64,000 nt of DNA from Octopus vulgaris (lineage: Eukaryota): contig OX597838.1 of assembly GCA_951406725.2 (NCBI GenBank), positions 28,768,001 through 28,832,000 on the forward strand, read 5' to 3'. Made by a program: the position numbers and the translations under genes. Positions 24,823 to 38,378 of this stretch are shown here, one piece after another (within the stretch, counting starts at the first letter, position 1; each line of letters begins with the position of its first letter). Below the pieces are notes generated by a model. The model had not been told where the DNA came from. It saw only the letters and a list, made by a program, of their open reading frames with translations, and searched no databases.

Positions 24823-25317
24823 CATATATATGTATGTATAAATTCAGGGTGAATACTTGATAACTGTAAGCACCTGTATATGCCAGTTAGTGGTGTAGGT
24901 GATAGGATATATTTATCAAAAGAAAAACAGGATGCAAAGGATTTAGCGGTACATATGTTTCTGGCTTTATTGAACAATTTATATCAATGCATAATTGATA
25001 TAACACGTAGGTCAACAGCCTTCTTCAGCCGCGTACAATTACCACACCAAAGACAGACAAGTATTACATTATAGCAGGTTTGAGAAAAAGTTTGGGAAAA
25101 AAACGAGTTTCATTGGGAAGGTAAATCCTCATAGGCGTATAGTGGGATAACATAGATGAACAACAATTGATGCAAAACAATAAATAACTGATGCAAGCAT
25201 TCATAGGCAGACGCATGTATGCACCCACATAAATATATAACATAAATTTTAAAAAAACAAAGGGAGACCACTCTGCAGCTATAAGCTAAGTAACTTCGAA
25301 TTACCTCCCTTGTTCAA

Positions 25318-25495
25318 ATGTTTACCAAAATGTCCTCCGGTTTGGCTGCTCGACGTGTTTGTCGACGGTTATTTTTATTAAACCGTCAGTGTTTAACTAC
25401 TTTACAACACAGGAATTTATCCGAGGAACCTAGGACTGAACAGGAAACACATTTTGGTTTTCAGTCTATTCCAGAAAGCGAGAAAGAGAGTAAAG
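25318..25495 (+). CDS. COQ5: COQ5 exon 1 (mitochondrial 2-methoxy-6-polyprenyl-1,4-benzoquinol methylase), presequence plus THFGF motif
   Basis: ATG 25318 (alternative in-frame ATG 25330); Arg-rich, acid-poor N-terminus resembling a mitochondrial presequence; ETHFGFQSIPESEKESK; phase-1 donor gtattt at 25496. Confidence 0.92.
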
Positions 25496-26230
25496 GTATT
25501 TATATTGAGCTTAACCATTGTTCCGTCACCCAATAAATATGAAATATACGGGGAAGATGAAATGACCTTCTGTATTTGAAGTTGAAACCACGAAGAATCG
25601 ACGGAAATGATAGTTTTCTATTTAGGGTATAAGAGCAGCAGGTTATGAGTGGAAGAGGGTTCGTCGATATCTTCAATATCAGTACTCCTTCCGACCCCGG
25701 AAGGGTGAAAGGCACATATGACCTAGGCGGGATTTGAACTCAGAAATTAGATAATATGCAGCTAAGCAACTGATGCGTCGAACAAAATGCTTACCAGCAT
25801 TTAAATGTTAGATTTCTTCCCACCACGTCAAAATTCAACCATATTTTTAAATAATCCAGATAAATTTTTTTTTTTAAACTTCAACAAAATATGGGAGACA
25901 CACACACACACACAGATATATACATACGACGGGCTTCTTTCAGTTTCCGTCTTCCAAATCCGCTCACAAGGCTCTAGTCAGCCCAAGGCTATAGTAGAGG
26001 ACACTTGTCCAAAATGCCACGTAGTGGGACTGAACCCGGAACCATGTGGTTGGGAAGCAAGCTTCTTACCATATAGCCACGCCTATGTGGTCACTTGCAC
26101 GCACACTTTGCTATGAATATGTGTATGTACATAGAGATTTTGAAGGGTGCTGACGTTCTGAGCATTGAGGTGATAATGCAGAAGCACTATTTAAGTTGGA
26201 CTGGAGACTTTATTTGAATAAACGATTAGA

Positions 26231-26365
26231 GGCGCAGGAGTGGCTGTGTGGTGGGTTCAGTCCCACTGCGTGGCATCTTGGGTAAGTGTCTTCTGCTATA
26301 GCCCCGGGCCGACCAATGCCTTGTGAGTGGATTTGGTAGACGGAAACTGAAAGAAGCCTGTCGTA

Positions 26366-26426
<61 letters not shown>

Positions 26427-26647
26427 TTGTATGTGTGTTTGTGTGTCTGTGTTTGTCCCCCTAGCATTGCTTGACAACCGATGCTGGTGTGTTTACGTCC
26501 CCGTCACTTAGCGGTTCGGCAAAAGAGACCGATAGAATAAGTACTGGGCTTACAAAGAATAAGTCCCGGGGTCGATTTGCTCGACTAAAGGCGATGCTCC
26601 AGCATGGCCACAGTCAAATGACTGAAACAAGTAAAAGAGTAAAGAGT
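26231..26647 (+). mobile_element. SINE family A (COQ5 intron 1)
   Basis: Full-length copy with a small head deletion. An oppositely oriented partial copy lies at about 25905-26083. Confidence 0.85.
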
Positions 26648-27395
26648 AGAGAGGATCCCCAAGCAGATGCGATATGGTGAACTGGTTTGTGGAAAACATC
26701 CCCACCAGAAACCAAAACTATGATTTAAGGACTATGCAAAATCCTTGTTGAAGGCTTGTGAAATATGGAAGATCAATTGGGAAAGCAACGTTTCTCTGAA
26801 CCTGGAACCATGTGGTTGTGAAGCAAGCTTCTTACCACACAGCCAAGTCTGCACCCCCCACACATTCACACGCACACACACACACACATACACACAAATG
26901 CGACAAAAATGCAAAACATCCAGACAGTTAGGTGATACAAAAATGGTACAACAAAACATCCAGACAGACGGTACAAATGAAACGAGGACTGGTCATTTGG
27001 AGTTTTCTATCCTCAGTCGAGTTCCAGATTATCTTTGCAATTTTGGCTGTTTATAATCGAGATTGCTCCAATCTGGCCAACCCCAAGGTAAAACTACGCT
27101 AAGAGCATTTGATTCCTTGGAAGAAAACAGTGAATGTATACGAAATGCAAAATCCTTGTTGAAGGCTTGTGAAATATGGAAGATCAGTTGGGAAAGCAAT
27201 GCTTCTCTTTGCTACCACTGGATGAAACAAGTTCTGGAAAGAAGGAATTTTTTCAAAAAAAAGTTACATTTTTTATGCAGAAATTAAGTCAGTAGCTCAA
27301 AAATACACCATTGATGTAGTGAATGGGAAAAGCTTGTTCTGTGATATCTATAGATGATTTGATGATGATGATGATGATGATGATGATCTCTCTAG

Positions 27396-27704
<309 letters not shown>

Positions 27705-28161
27705 TAGTTTCTACCTTTAGAATGTGGCCATGCTAGAGCACTGCATTGAATGGTTTTAGTCCGACAAATTGATCCCAGTACTGATAGGTCAAGGCTGATC
27801 TGGAACCCAACCTAGGCCCCCGTGTCTATGGTGTTCGCCGGTGGAATAAGGACTGGTTGGAGATCACGCGGTCGTTAGCCTCAAATCGCCAGGTCTGGTT
27901 GGCGTTTGTGAGAGATGCAGCATTGTGGATGAATGAAGCCAGCTCAACCCACTCCGGGTGAATGCTGTCTCAAGACAAGAAGAAGAAGCATGGAAAATGA
28001 ACAATAGATGATGATGATGATGTTGATGATGATTTCCATTAAATAAATTTGGTATTATACCAGGGGGCCAGATGACATTTTTTCTGTTTGTATATAATTT
28101 TCAATTTTTATTTCATTTCATATTTTTCTAACTGTTTTTGTTTTGTTTCTTTTACTTGCAG

Positions 28162-28395
28162 GTGACATTGCATATAGATTTCTTAATTATGTCAAACACT
28201 TACGAGCAGATCTGCCTAACGATGCTGAAGATTTCGATCAACTAATTAAGGATGAGTTTGTCACCATCAGTAGCTCACCTGAAGTTGAAAAAGATGCTGC
28301 TGTGGGGGCATCTGCTCAGGTGACTGTTTGTGATATCAACCAGTCGATGCTGGACGTTGGTCAGAAACGATGCGAGGAGTTAGGGTATGACCCAG
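28162..28395 (+). CDS. COQ5: COQ5 exon 3
   Basis: ttgcag acceptor and gtgggt donor; DIAYRFL, an acidic insertion, then VTVCDINQSMLDVGQKR. Confidence 0.95.
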
Positions 28396-28549
28396 GTGGG
28401 TTTTCTCGTTAATAAAAGCGTGTGTGTGTGTGTGAGTTTGTGTTTGTATTTGTATTTTATGCCAATATTGACCTAATGAGTCACCTCGGGACCCCCAAAA
28501 ATAAAACTGCTTATCTGGTCAGCTGAGAGACACTGAAGGACGAACTTCC

Positions 28550-28581
<32 letters not shown>

Positions 28582-29062
28582 TATTTGTGTGTGAGTTTGT
28601 GTGTGTGTTTGTGTGTGTGTGTAAGAGAGTAAGCAAAAACAAGGCACTGAGACAAAAACGTTTGAGAACCAATGTTGTAGATGCTATCGCTGGAGTTATG
28701 GAAAAATCCCCCAGTGCACTCTCTAAAGTGGTTGGCATTAGGAAGGGCATCCAGCTGTAGAAACCCTGTCAAAATAGACAATTCAAGCCCGGGGCAGATC
28801 TTCAGCTGGTCAGTTCCTGTCTAACCATCCAACCCATACCAGCATGGAAAACAGACATTAAATGATGATGATGATGGCAATATATGTTTACTGGCCTGAC
28901 ACTTCACCTGTAGTTGGACTGGGAATCTGAGCTCTGTTGTATTATGCATAATGGTAGAGGTCAACAAAGAACAAGACGAAATGCCACAAGGCATCTTACC
29001 TGATCCCCTAATAAATCTGCTCCTTCCTCTAATTTCTTTTTCTTCTTTTTTGTCTTCTGCAG

Positions 29063-29172
29063 CTTCCATTAAGTGGGTGCAGGGCAATGCAGAATCCCTC
29101 CCGTTGGAGGACAACCAGTTTGACGCCTACACCATTGCCTTTGGGATTCGCAACGTGACTCACATAGACAAG
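29063..29172 (+). CDS. COQ5: COQ5 exon 4
   Basis: ctgcag acceptor and gtacgt donor; [35 protein letters not shown]. Confidence 0.97.
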
Positions 29173-30414
29173 GTACGTGTCCAACCAACGAACATTCTAG
29201 ATTTGACTTAGAACCATGTGGCTGCAACTACAGGTGAAGTGCCAGGCCAGTAAACATATACTATTGCTGGAGTTATGGAAAAAGCCCCTCAGTGCACTCT
29301 GTAAAGTGGTTGGCATTAGGAAGGGCATCCAGCTGTAGAAACCCTGTCATACATATACATAGCAATAGTATATGTTTACTGGCCTGGCACTTCACCTGTA
29401 GTTGCAGCCACATGGTTCTAAGTTCGATCCCATTGTGTATCTTCTCGGACAAATGCTTTCTGGCCCCTCCTTAATCACTATCTCCTCAGTCCTTCCTTCC
29501 AAGAACATCTGGTATTCCCTTTCAGCTCATGTCTTTACAAAGGATCAACTGCAGCATTAACCCTTTACCTATTTCTTTACTACCCACAAGGGGCTAAACA
29601 CAGAGGGGACAAACAAACGTATTAAGTCGATTACATCGACCCTAGTGCATAACTGGTACTTATTTAATCAACCCCGAAAGGATGAAAGGCAAAGTCGACC
29701 TTGGCAGAATTTGAACTCAGAACGTAACGGCAGACGAAATAAGACTACGCATTTTGCCCGGCGTGCTAACGTTTCTGCCAGCTCGCCACCTTTAACCCAT
29801 TACCGTTCAGATTACTCCTATCTCATGTAATGCTTATTAATCCACATTGTATTGTATTAATCATGCATCATCTCGTAGCTTTGAGATTTCAATGATGTGA
29901 TGGTTTATTTTCAGAATGACATTATAAGACCAGTTTGGGAGGCCGGACAGGACCATTATGAACATAATACAAGGTAGAATATGGAGACGGCTGGTTTAAA
30001 TTCTAAAGGGTCAATGGTATCAATCTCATTGGTCTAGAAGGGCCCTCAAAGGCCTTGGACAATACCCTTTCCCCTGGACCCAGCAACTAAAACAAAGGAT
30101 TGGTGATGACTGACTGACTTAAATAACAATAGCAACAACAATAAGGATGTGTGTGTCTTTACATGTATATATGTGAGTGTGTGTATAAGGTACTTGGTCA
30201 CCCTGTTGGTGATGGTGCCATGTAAAAAGCACCTAGTACATTCTGTAAAGTGGCTGACATTAGGGGGAGGCATCTAACTGTAGAAACCTTGCCAAAACAG
30301 ATGACTGTGCCTGGTGCTGCTTCTGGCCTTGCCAGCTTCTGTGAAACTATCCATCCCATGTCAGTATGAAAAAGAGACATTAAATGATGATGTGTGTGTT
30401 GTGTGTTTATATGC

Positions 30415-30454
<40 letters not shown>

Positions 30455-31037
30455 GGTGGGGCCCGCAGGACGGCCTGCTGTGCTAACCTTGGATTGTAGG
30501 GTGACCCGCTGATCATGAGGAGACCTATTGAGTCAAGTACGTCAACATCAAAATAAAAATCAAATGGAAATTGTAGTTATGATACCCGTGCCGGTGGCAC
30601 ATAAAAAGCACCATCCGAATGTGACTGATGCCAGCGCCGCCTGACTGGCGTCCATGTCAGTGACACGTAAAAAGCACCAACCGATTGTTGCCATTTGCCA
30701 GCCTCCTCTGGCCCCTGTGCCGGTGGCACATAAAAAGCACCCACTACACTCATGGAGTGGTTGGTGTTAGGAAGGGCATCAAGCTGTAGAAACACTGCCA
30801 GATCAAACTGGAGCCTGTCGCAGCCTCCTGGCTTCCCAGACCCCGGTCGAACCATCCAGCCCATGCTAGCATGGAAAACGGGCGTTAAACAATGATGATG
30901 TTGTTGTTGTTGTTGTTGTTGTTGTTGGTGGTGGTGTGTGTTTATGCCTTTTAGCCTGTCTCCTTTATTCTTTAGTCATCATATTCTGATTTCCTTTTCC
31001 ATGACTTATTGTTGTTGTTTTAAATTCTTAATTCCAG

Positions 31038-31126
31038 GCTCTTGAAGAAGCTTATCGGGTCCTCCGTCCAGGTGGAAGATTCCTCTGTTTGGAGTTCAGC
31101 CAAGTACCAAATTTTGCAATACGCAA
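31038..31126 (+). CDS. COQ5: COQ5 exon 5
   Basis: ttccag acceptor and gtgagt donor; [23 protein letters not shown] (methyltransferase motif III); too short to appear in the ORF track. Confidence 0.96.
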
Positions 31127-31347
31127 GTGAGTTGCTATCCTTTTAACTCTTTTTTTAATACCATCCCACCTGGGACAATCCCTGTGACCATCCCTGCACC
31201 AGTCCTATGTTTTAGTATGTCTCTCATCATCATCATCATCATTTAACATCTGCCTCCCGTGCTGGCATGGGTTGGACAGATAACTTGTGTCAACATTTGA
31301 AACTAATTATTATTATTATTATATCATCATCATCATCATCATCATTA

Positions 31348-31595
31348 AGGTTGTGAGCTGGCAGAATCGTTAGCACGCCGGGCGAAATGCTTCACGGTAT
31401 TTCGTCTGCCGTTACGTTGTGAGTTCAAATTCCGCCGAGGTCGACTTTGCCTTTCATCCTTTCGGGGTCGATAAATTAAGTACCAGTTACGCACTGGGGT
31501 CGATGTAATCGATTTAATACCTATGTCTGTCATTGTTTGTCCCCTCTGTGTTTAGCCCCTTGTGGGTAATAAAGAAATAGGTATTTCATCTGCCA
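31348..31595 (+). mobile_element. tRNA-derived SINE family B (Nin/Deu-like central domain)
   Basis: Head gagctggcagaatcgttagc...gagttcaaattcc, then gcctttcatcctttcggggtcgataaattaagtacc. Other copies at about 4003-4177, 5731-5962, 10321-10610, 29568-29790, 32520-32658, 34370-34567 and 57868-58008. Confidence 0.85.
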
Positions 31596-31842
31596 TGCAC
31601 AAACACACACTCACATGCACACACTTACACACACTCACACACACACACTCACACGCACACCACACACACACACACTCACACGCACACACATACACACACT
31701 CACACAGGCATACACACACTCACATGCACACACACATACACACACACTCACGCACACACACACACATACATGCACACACTCACACACACACACGTACACA
31801 CACATACATGCACACACTCACACATACACACACAAAGTTTAA

Positions 31843-32070
<228 letters not shown>

Positions 32071-32679
32071 TAGAACAGATCTATGGTCACAACACACTGC
32101 CAGGAATTGAACTCACGACCTTACACTTGTGAGCCAAATACCCTAGCCTCTAAACCACTAAAAACCCTTTTTTATCCTTGAAATTGTGGGGCATCTAATA
32201 TATCCAGATCTCTTTTAGCATAAGTGGGTGGCTTAGTGGTTACAGTGTAGCACTCATGTTCGTAAGAACCAGGCGACGCATTGTGGTCTTGAGCAAAACA
32301 CTTCATTTCACATTGCTCCAGTCCATTCAGTTGGCAAAAACGAGTCACGCTCTGACAGACCAGCGTCCTGTCCAGGTGGGAGATATATATATGATATGAA
32401 ATCGAGCAACCAGTCCCTATAAGTCGGTATGACTTGAGAAGGTAACTTTACCTTTTTAGTGGAGGTGCATGGCTTAGTGGTTAGGGTGTTGGACTCATGA
32501 TTTCATGCCAGCTTTTGACTCCAGTGCTCAACTGGTACTTATTTTATCAACCCTGAAAGGATGAAAGACTAAATTGACCTCAGCAGAATTTGAACTTAGA
32601 ACATAAAGATGAACGAAATTTTACCTGGTGTGCTAACGATTCTGCCAGCTCGCCACCTTGATATAAATTTTGAGTGGTA

Positions 32680-32922
32680 GTGCCCAGGTGTCAAAACCAC
32701 AGTCATATCAGTTTGGGCAGCTGATGATGGGCATACACATGTTCAATTGTGAATTTCTTATATTTTAGTCTTGTTATTCTGGGGTTGTCCTTCATTCTCG
32801 TAAAGTGAAAAGTGTCTGTGGATTCATAGTTTGTGGGGATCGCTTACTTTGGGATTGTTTGGTTGTCTTCATAGGTAACCTAATTAGGCATTGAACAATG
32901 TTTAGATATTGGTGTCTAGTTT

Positions 32923-33001
<79 letters not shown>

Positions 33002-33243
33002 CTTTGAATAGTACTGCCTAAGTGTCAAAACCACAGTCATATCTGTCTGGGCAGCTGATGATGGGCATACAGATGTTCAATTGTGAAATTTCTTGTATTT
33101 TAGTCTTGTTATTCTGGGGATTGTCCTTCAGTCTTCTAAAGTGAAAAGTGTTTGTGGGGATCTCTTACTTTGGCATTGTTTAGTTTTCTTCACAGGTAAC
33201 TTAATTAGGTATTGAGCAATGCTTAGATATTGGTGTCTAGTTT
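32680..33243 (+). repeat. Direct duplication of about 235 bp separated by a (TA)/(TG) microsatellite in COQ5 intron 6
   Basis: gtgtcaaaaccacagtcatatc...tattggtgtctagttt occurs twice. Confidence 0.85.
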
Positions 33244-33819
33244 TGAGAGGTTCTGTGGCTTATATGCAATGTGTCTCATTTTCTTTGGCAGCAAAGCTGG
33301 AATTTTCTGTTCTGTTGAAAGCTTTCATGCTCTTATTTATTTTCATTATAAACTTCACTAGCTGTAACAAACATTTCACAGTGACATCAAACAACCAGTG
33401 AAGGCTACTGTTATTTCTAGTGTTGTTGTTATCGTCGTCGTTGTTGTTGTCTGTCTGTGATATTGACCTATCCATAAGTTAGTCAATTAGTCAGGCTCTC
33501 TTCTCTTTCCTGGTCGACTAAAAAAAAAAAAAAAAACTGCTTCCTCTTGTCTGACCACATCAAAGACAAACTGAAGAACTCAATGGGTTCTTGTTTGTTT
33601 GTTTGCTTATTTGTTTGTTGTTCCGAGCCATGACATTTGATGCGGCCGACCTTTATATTTGGTAAAGTCATACACACACTCACACATACATATGTATACA
33701 TTTATGCACAAATTAATCATACACATCCACTCACACACACACACACACACACACAAGTATGTATGTATATATATATATATATATATATATTTACACACAC
33801 ACACACACATACAAGTATG

Positions 33820-33853
<34 letters not shown>

Positions 33854-34691
33854 TAGATGTCCATACATATACATGCATGTTAACATCGCAGAATTATGCA
33901 CATTCACGTGTGCGTTCTCATGCACACACACACACAAACTTGCATATAGGTTTTCGCATAAACTCAACACGTGAATATTTATACCCACATTTATACAATC
34001 ATTCACATATGCATACATACACACACACACATTTACATGCATGCACATACATAAATAAAGCCACAAACATACACCACACTCACACACACTCATATTTACA
34101 TGCATGCACATACATAAATAAAGCCACAAACATACACCACACTCACACACACTCATAAATTCAATTTTTCATACGTATACACACACATGAATCTCCAGCT
34201 TACCAGTTTTCAGTCAAACTGTCCAACCCATGCCAGCATGGAAAACGGATGTTAAACGACGATGATGATGATACATACGCACACAAACGCACGCATGCAT
34301 GCTTGCGCGCACACACACATATGTACGTATGTGTTTGAATACATATGTAAATCCATTATTCTATAAAGGCAAACCCTGAAATGTTATCGGAAGGGGCTGG
34401 TTGATTATATCGAGCCCAGTGCTCAACTGGTACTTAATTTATCAACCCAGAAAGAATGAAAGGCAAAGTCGACCTCAGCATGATTTGAACTCAGAACATA
34501 AAGAGCTGGAAGAAATTCCACTAAGCTCTTTGTCCGTCTTGCTAATGACTCTGCCAACTCACTGCCCTTACACTACGAGTAATATAATTGCAGAGATAAA
34601 CTTCAGTTGACTGTTCTGTCTAGTTTCCATGTTAAAATCGTGCACCATACTCAGTCCAATATGAAAAAGAATACATACATAGGTACATATA

Positions 34692-35310
34692 GGCGTAAGA
34701 GTGGCTGTGTGGTAAGTAGCTTGCTTACGAACCACATGGTTCCAGGTTCAGTCCCACTGCATGGCACCTTAGGCAAGTGTCTTCTACTATAGCCTCGGGC
34801 CAACCAAAGCCTTGTGAGTGGATTTGGTAGGCGGAAACTGAAAGGAGCCCGTCGTATATATATGTATATATCATCATCATCATCGTTTATCGTCCGCTTT
34901 CCATGCTAGCATGGGTTGGACGGTTCAACTGGGATCTGGGAAGCCAGAAGGCTACACCAGGCTCAGTCTGATCTGGCAATGTTTCTATGGCTGGATGCCC
35001 TTCCTAACGTCAACCACTCCATGAGTGTAGTGGGTGCTTTTACGTGATATATATATATATATATATGTATGTATATATATGAATGTTTGTGTATATGTGT
35101 CTGTCTTTGGCCCCCCAACATCACATGACAACCGATGCTGGTGTGTTTATGTCCCCTTAACTTAGCAGTTCGGCAAAAAGAGACCGATAGAATAAGTACT
35201 AGGCTTACACAGAATAAGAAGTCCTGAGGTCAATTTGCTCGACTAAAGGCGGTGCTCCAGCATGGCCACTGTCTCATGACTGAAACAAGTAAAAGAGTAA
35301 AATGAGAGTA
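34692..35310 (+). mobile_element. SINE family A with a family C element (34871-35046) inserted in its central microsatellite
   Basis: The 5' and 3' halves flank a catcatcatcgttt...gtgggtgcttttacgtg insert. Confidence 0.83.
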
Positions 35311-35718
35311 AAGAGGATAAACATATATATAAGCAAACATACAAACAAACTTACAATTTAGAAATCAGATCGACAAGCAATTGCCAATTTCCAGGGTATG
35401 GTGACCTCATTGAAAGGTCAACTTTTGGGAGATGTCTGCATGTCTATCTGCGTAGTTACATAGAGTTTTGTTGGTTTTACTGAGATTTGGTTCTCTAATA
35501 AATCTTCTCCATCACCATCGCCGTCCTCGCCATCATATCTTTATTAGCCTTTATTCCCTCTCACATGTTCTCTCTCTTTCTCTTGCATGCTCTCTCTCTC
35601 TCTCTCTCATTCATTGATTTTCTCCCTCTTTCTCTCTTGCTCATGAACACACTATTTCTCATCCATGCTCTCTCTCTCTTTCTCCCTCTCACTCATTCTC
35701 TCTCTCTTTCTCTTCCAG

Positions 35719-35820
35719 GAACAATTTGCATCTATGATTCGCGCAGCCGGATTCCGAATGGTGACCTACGAAAACTTGACCTTTGGTGTGACTGCTTTAC
35801 ATTCAGGCTTCAAACTCTGA
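35719..35820 (+). CDS. COQ5: COQ5 exon 7 (terminal coding exon)
   Basis: ttccag acceptor after a (CT)n tract; [36 protein letters not shown]. The seven exons sum to 975 nt (324 aa plus stop) with all phases compatible. Confidence 0.96.
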   Translation, partial: EQFASMIRAAGFRMVTYENLTFGVTALHSGFKL

Positions 35821-36266
35821 AAATTACTTTGAAATTGCCATTATGTGATATTTAGTTGCAGTGTCTCAAGTTCAAATCCTGCCTGTTCGACTCTGCTTTT
35901 AATACTTCCAAGGGTTCATAAAATACATTACAGACACAAAGGGTCAATTTGATCAACAAGCCCCTCCCCACAAATTTGTGGTTATGGGCTTATGATAGAA
36001 ATTAATATTATTGGCAGAATTGTTATTTGTTTCAATCCTCTGGGGTCTGTGTTCAAATCCTGATCTCACTGAAATCATGTTTTCCTTTCATACCTTTAGG
36101 GGTTGATTACAATTAAGAATCAGTCAAATACTGGGGTTTATGTTATCAATTAATTCTGATTTGAGGTTTCTAAACAAGAAAACAAAAATATATAAAACTT
36201 ATTAAAAAAATTACATTAAAATTTACTATTTAAATATTTAACCTTTTTGATGCCAATTCACTTTAA

Positions 36267-36487
36267 CCCTTTAGCATTTAAACCAGCCATATCCGGTCAA
36301 AAGTATTCTGCCTGTTTTATGTTCAAACTGGCCAGATCTGGTCTCTCACACCAACCCTACAATATCGTTTTAAAAATTAATAGCTACATCATCAAAATCT
36401 CATAGCTACAAGATAATGCATGATTAGTTCAAAACAATTTGGATAAAAAAGGATTAATTTTGGCAGAATAATGTGAACGCTAATGGG
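36267..36487. mobile_element. piggyBac-like MITE nested in a larger related element (about 36242-37263)
   Basis: ttaa-CCCTTTAGC...GCTAATGGG-ttaa; collinear with the 460-678 copy. Confidence 0.78.
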
Positions 36488-36792
36488 TTAAGGGAGGCCC
36501 CTGGGACTAAGGTGCAAGCCTTCTGTTTTAAATTATAACTCTAAATCAAAATTCCATGTTTATGTTCCAAATAATAACTAAATAACGATAAATTTATTTT
36601 AATAAATTCTTTGTTATTTTCAAAATTAATTGAAACAAAATTGGTGTATTTCTGCAGAATTAAGGGACTTTCTGCGATCACCCCTCTTTCTAGGATACAA
36701 ACTTTCTGGGGTTTTTAAAGAGATCAGAAGGAGAACCTGTCATCAAAATTTCATGTTGATGTGGGTTCCTAACACCAGCCTTTGTTCTGTTA

Positions 36793-36979
36793 TTCTTTTA
36801 CTGGTTTTAGTCATTTGGCTGCGGCCATGCTGGGGCACCGCCTTTAGTCGAACAAATCGACCCCAGGACTTATTTTTTGTAAGCCTAGTACTTATTCTAT
36901 TGGTTTCTTTAGCTGAACTGCCAAGTTACACAGATGTAAACACACCAACATCGGTTATCAAGTGATGGTGGGAGTACAA

Positions 36980-37012
<33 letters not shown>

Positions 37013-37744
37013 ATGGGCTTCTTTCAGTTTCCCGTCTACCAAATCCACTCACAAGGCTTTAATCCGAGGCTATAGTACAAAACACTTGCCTGAGGTGCCA
37101 CGCAGTGGGATTGAACTTGGAACCATGTGGTTGGGAAGCAAGCTCCTTGCCACACAGCCACACTGCACCTATAATGATAAAGTTAATTTACTAAATTCTT
37201 TTTTATTTTCAAAATTAATTGAAGCAAAAAAAGTATTTCAATAAAAATATTGTAACAAAAGGGTTAAATATGAACATTAAAAAACAAAAAAACTAAAAAA
37301 AAAGCAAAAACTAAAAACAACATTAATAAAAATAAAAATAAGTACATGTCACTTCTGTTGTTTTTGTGTTCTTTTTATTTACTCTTTTACTTGTTTCAGT
37401 CATTTGACTGTGGCCATGCTAGAGCACCGCCTTTAGTCGAGCAAATCGACCCCCAGGACTTATTCTTTGTAAGCCTAGTACTGAGTCTATCAGTCTCTTT
37501 TGCCAAACCGCTAAGTTACGGGGGGGGGGGGGGCATAAACACACACAGACACACAAACATATACACACACATACATATATACAACGGGCTTCTTTCAGTT
37601 TCCATCTACCAAATCCACTCACAAGGCTTTGGCTGGCCTGAGGCTATAGTAGAAGACACTTGCCCAAGGTACCACGCAGTGGGACTGAACCCGGAACCAT
37701 GTGGTTGGTAAGCAAGCTACTTACCACACAGCCACTCCTGCACC
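36793..37744 (-). mobile_element. Two SINE family A copies (36793-37168 and 37381-37744)
   Basis: Match to the family A consensus. Confidence 0.83.
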
Positions 37745-38014
37745 TTATTTAAAAAAAATTTTGAACCCCAATATATCTCTACATCCATCTATTTTCTCTG
37801 CTTACTATCCCTGGTAGGCTTGTAGGGTTAGAGACCTTCATGCTTTGCTCTTCCAAGGGTAATGACATCTGCTTCCTATCCGAGGCAATTGTCATTACCC
37901 TTTCCAGCTGACTGTCTGAATTGGGCCCAAGGCCCTGTTCAAAGATGAACGCCAAAACTGTGTCCTTTCCTGTTGGTCACAGCTTTGGTGTTTCTGTCCC
38001 ACCTGTGACCATTG

Positions 38015-38160
38015 TAAAGCCTTTCGTAACTGCCTCAGAAAGTCGAGATAGCACTCACCCCATTGATGGGATGGCCCTTCTGAAGGTAGTCAACAAATAC
38101 AATACCTTTTGTATTCCAAAAAACTGAGGCCATCACCTTCCCTGCAGATGAAACGAACTT
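38015..38160 (-). pseudogene. mariner transposase fragment
   Basis: SAGKVMASVFWNTKGIVFVDYLQKGHPING, a frameshift, then ECYLDFLRQLRKAL: a conserved mariner catalytic-domain segment. Confidence 0.82.
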
Positions 38161-38281
38161 TGAAATGATGCCCCAGCATGGTCGCAGTCCGACGAGTGAA
38201 GCAAGTAAAAGTAGATCCGACGATTAATCAATATACATAATCCCACACCAATATAAATTAATCTAAACAAATTGATTAATT

Positions 38282-38296
38282 AAAAAAAAAAAAAAA
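38282..38296 (-). terminator. Pol III oligo-T terminator of tRNA-Gly
   Basis: A 15-nt A run on + (T run on -) about 10 nt downstream of the tRNA 3' end. Confidence 0.75.
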
Positions 38297-38306
38297 TCAC
38301 AAGGGA

Positions 38307-38378
38307 TGCGTCGGCCGGGAGTCGAACCCGGATCGACTGCTTGGAAGGCAACCATGCTAACCGTTACACCACCGACGC
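38307..38378 (-). tRNA. tRNA-Gly, anticodon TCC
   Basis: Reverse complement GCGTCGGTGGTGTAACGGTTAGCATGGTTGCCTTCCAAGCAGTCGATCCGGGTTCGACTCCCGGCCGACGCA, 72 nt; intact acceptor stem, A and B boxes, CTTCCAA anticodon loop. Confidence 0.96.

Noticed and set aside
28162-28395. Acidic insertion in COQ5 as a novel domain
   Set aside because: Eukaryotic COQ5 proteins commonly have a variable insertion at this position after motif I.
32715-32800. CTGATGA in the intron 6 duplication as a C/D snoRNA or hammerhead
   Set aside because: No D box (CTGA) with a terminal stem, and GAAA does not follow the putative stem II directly.
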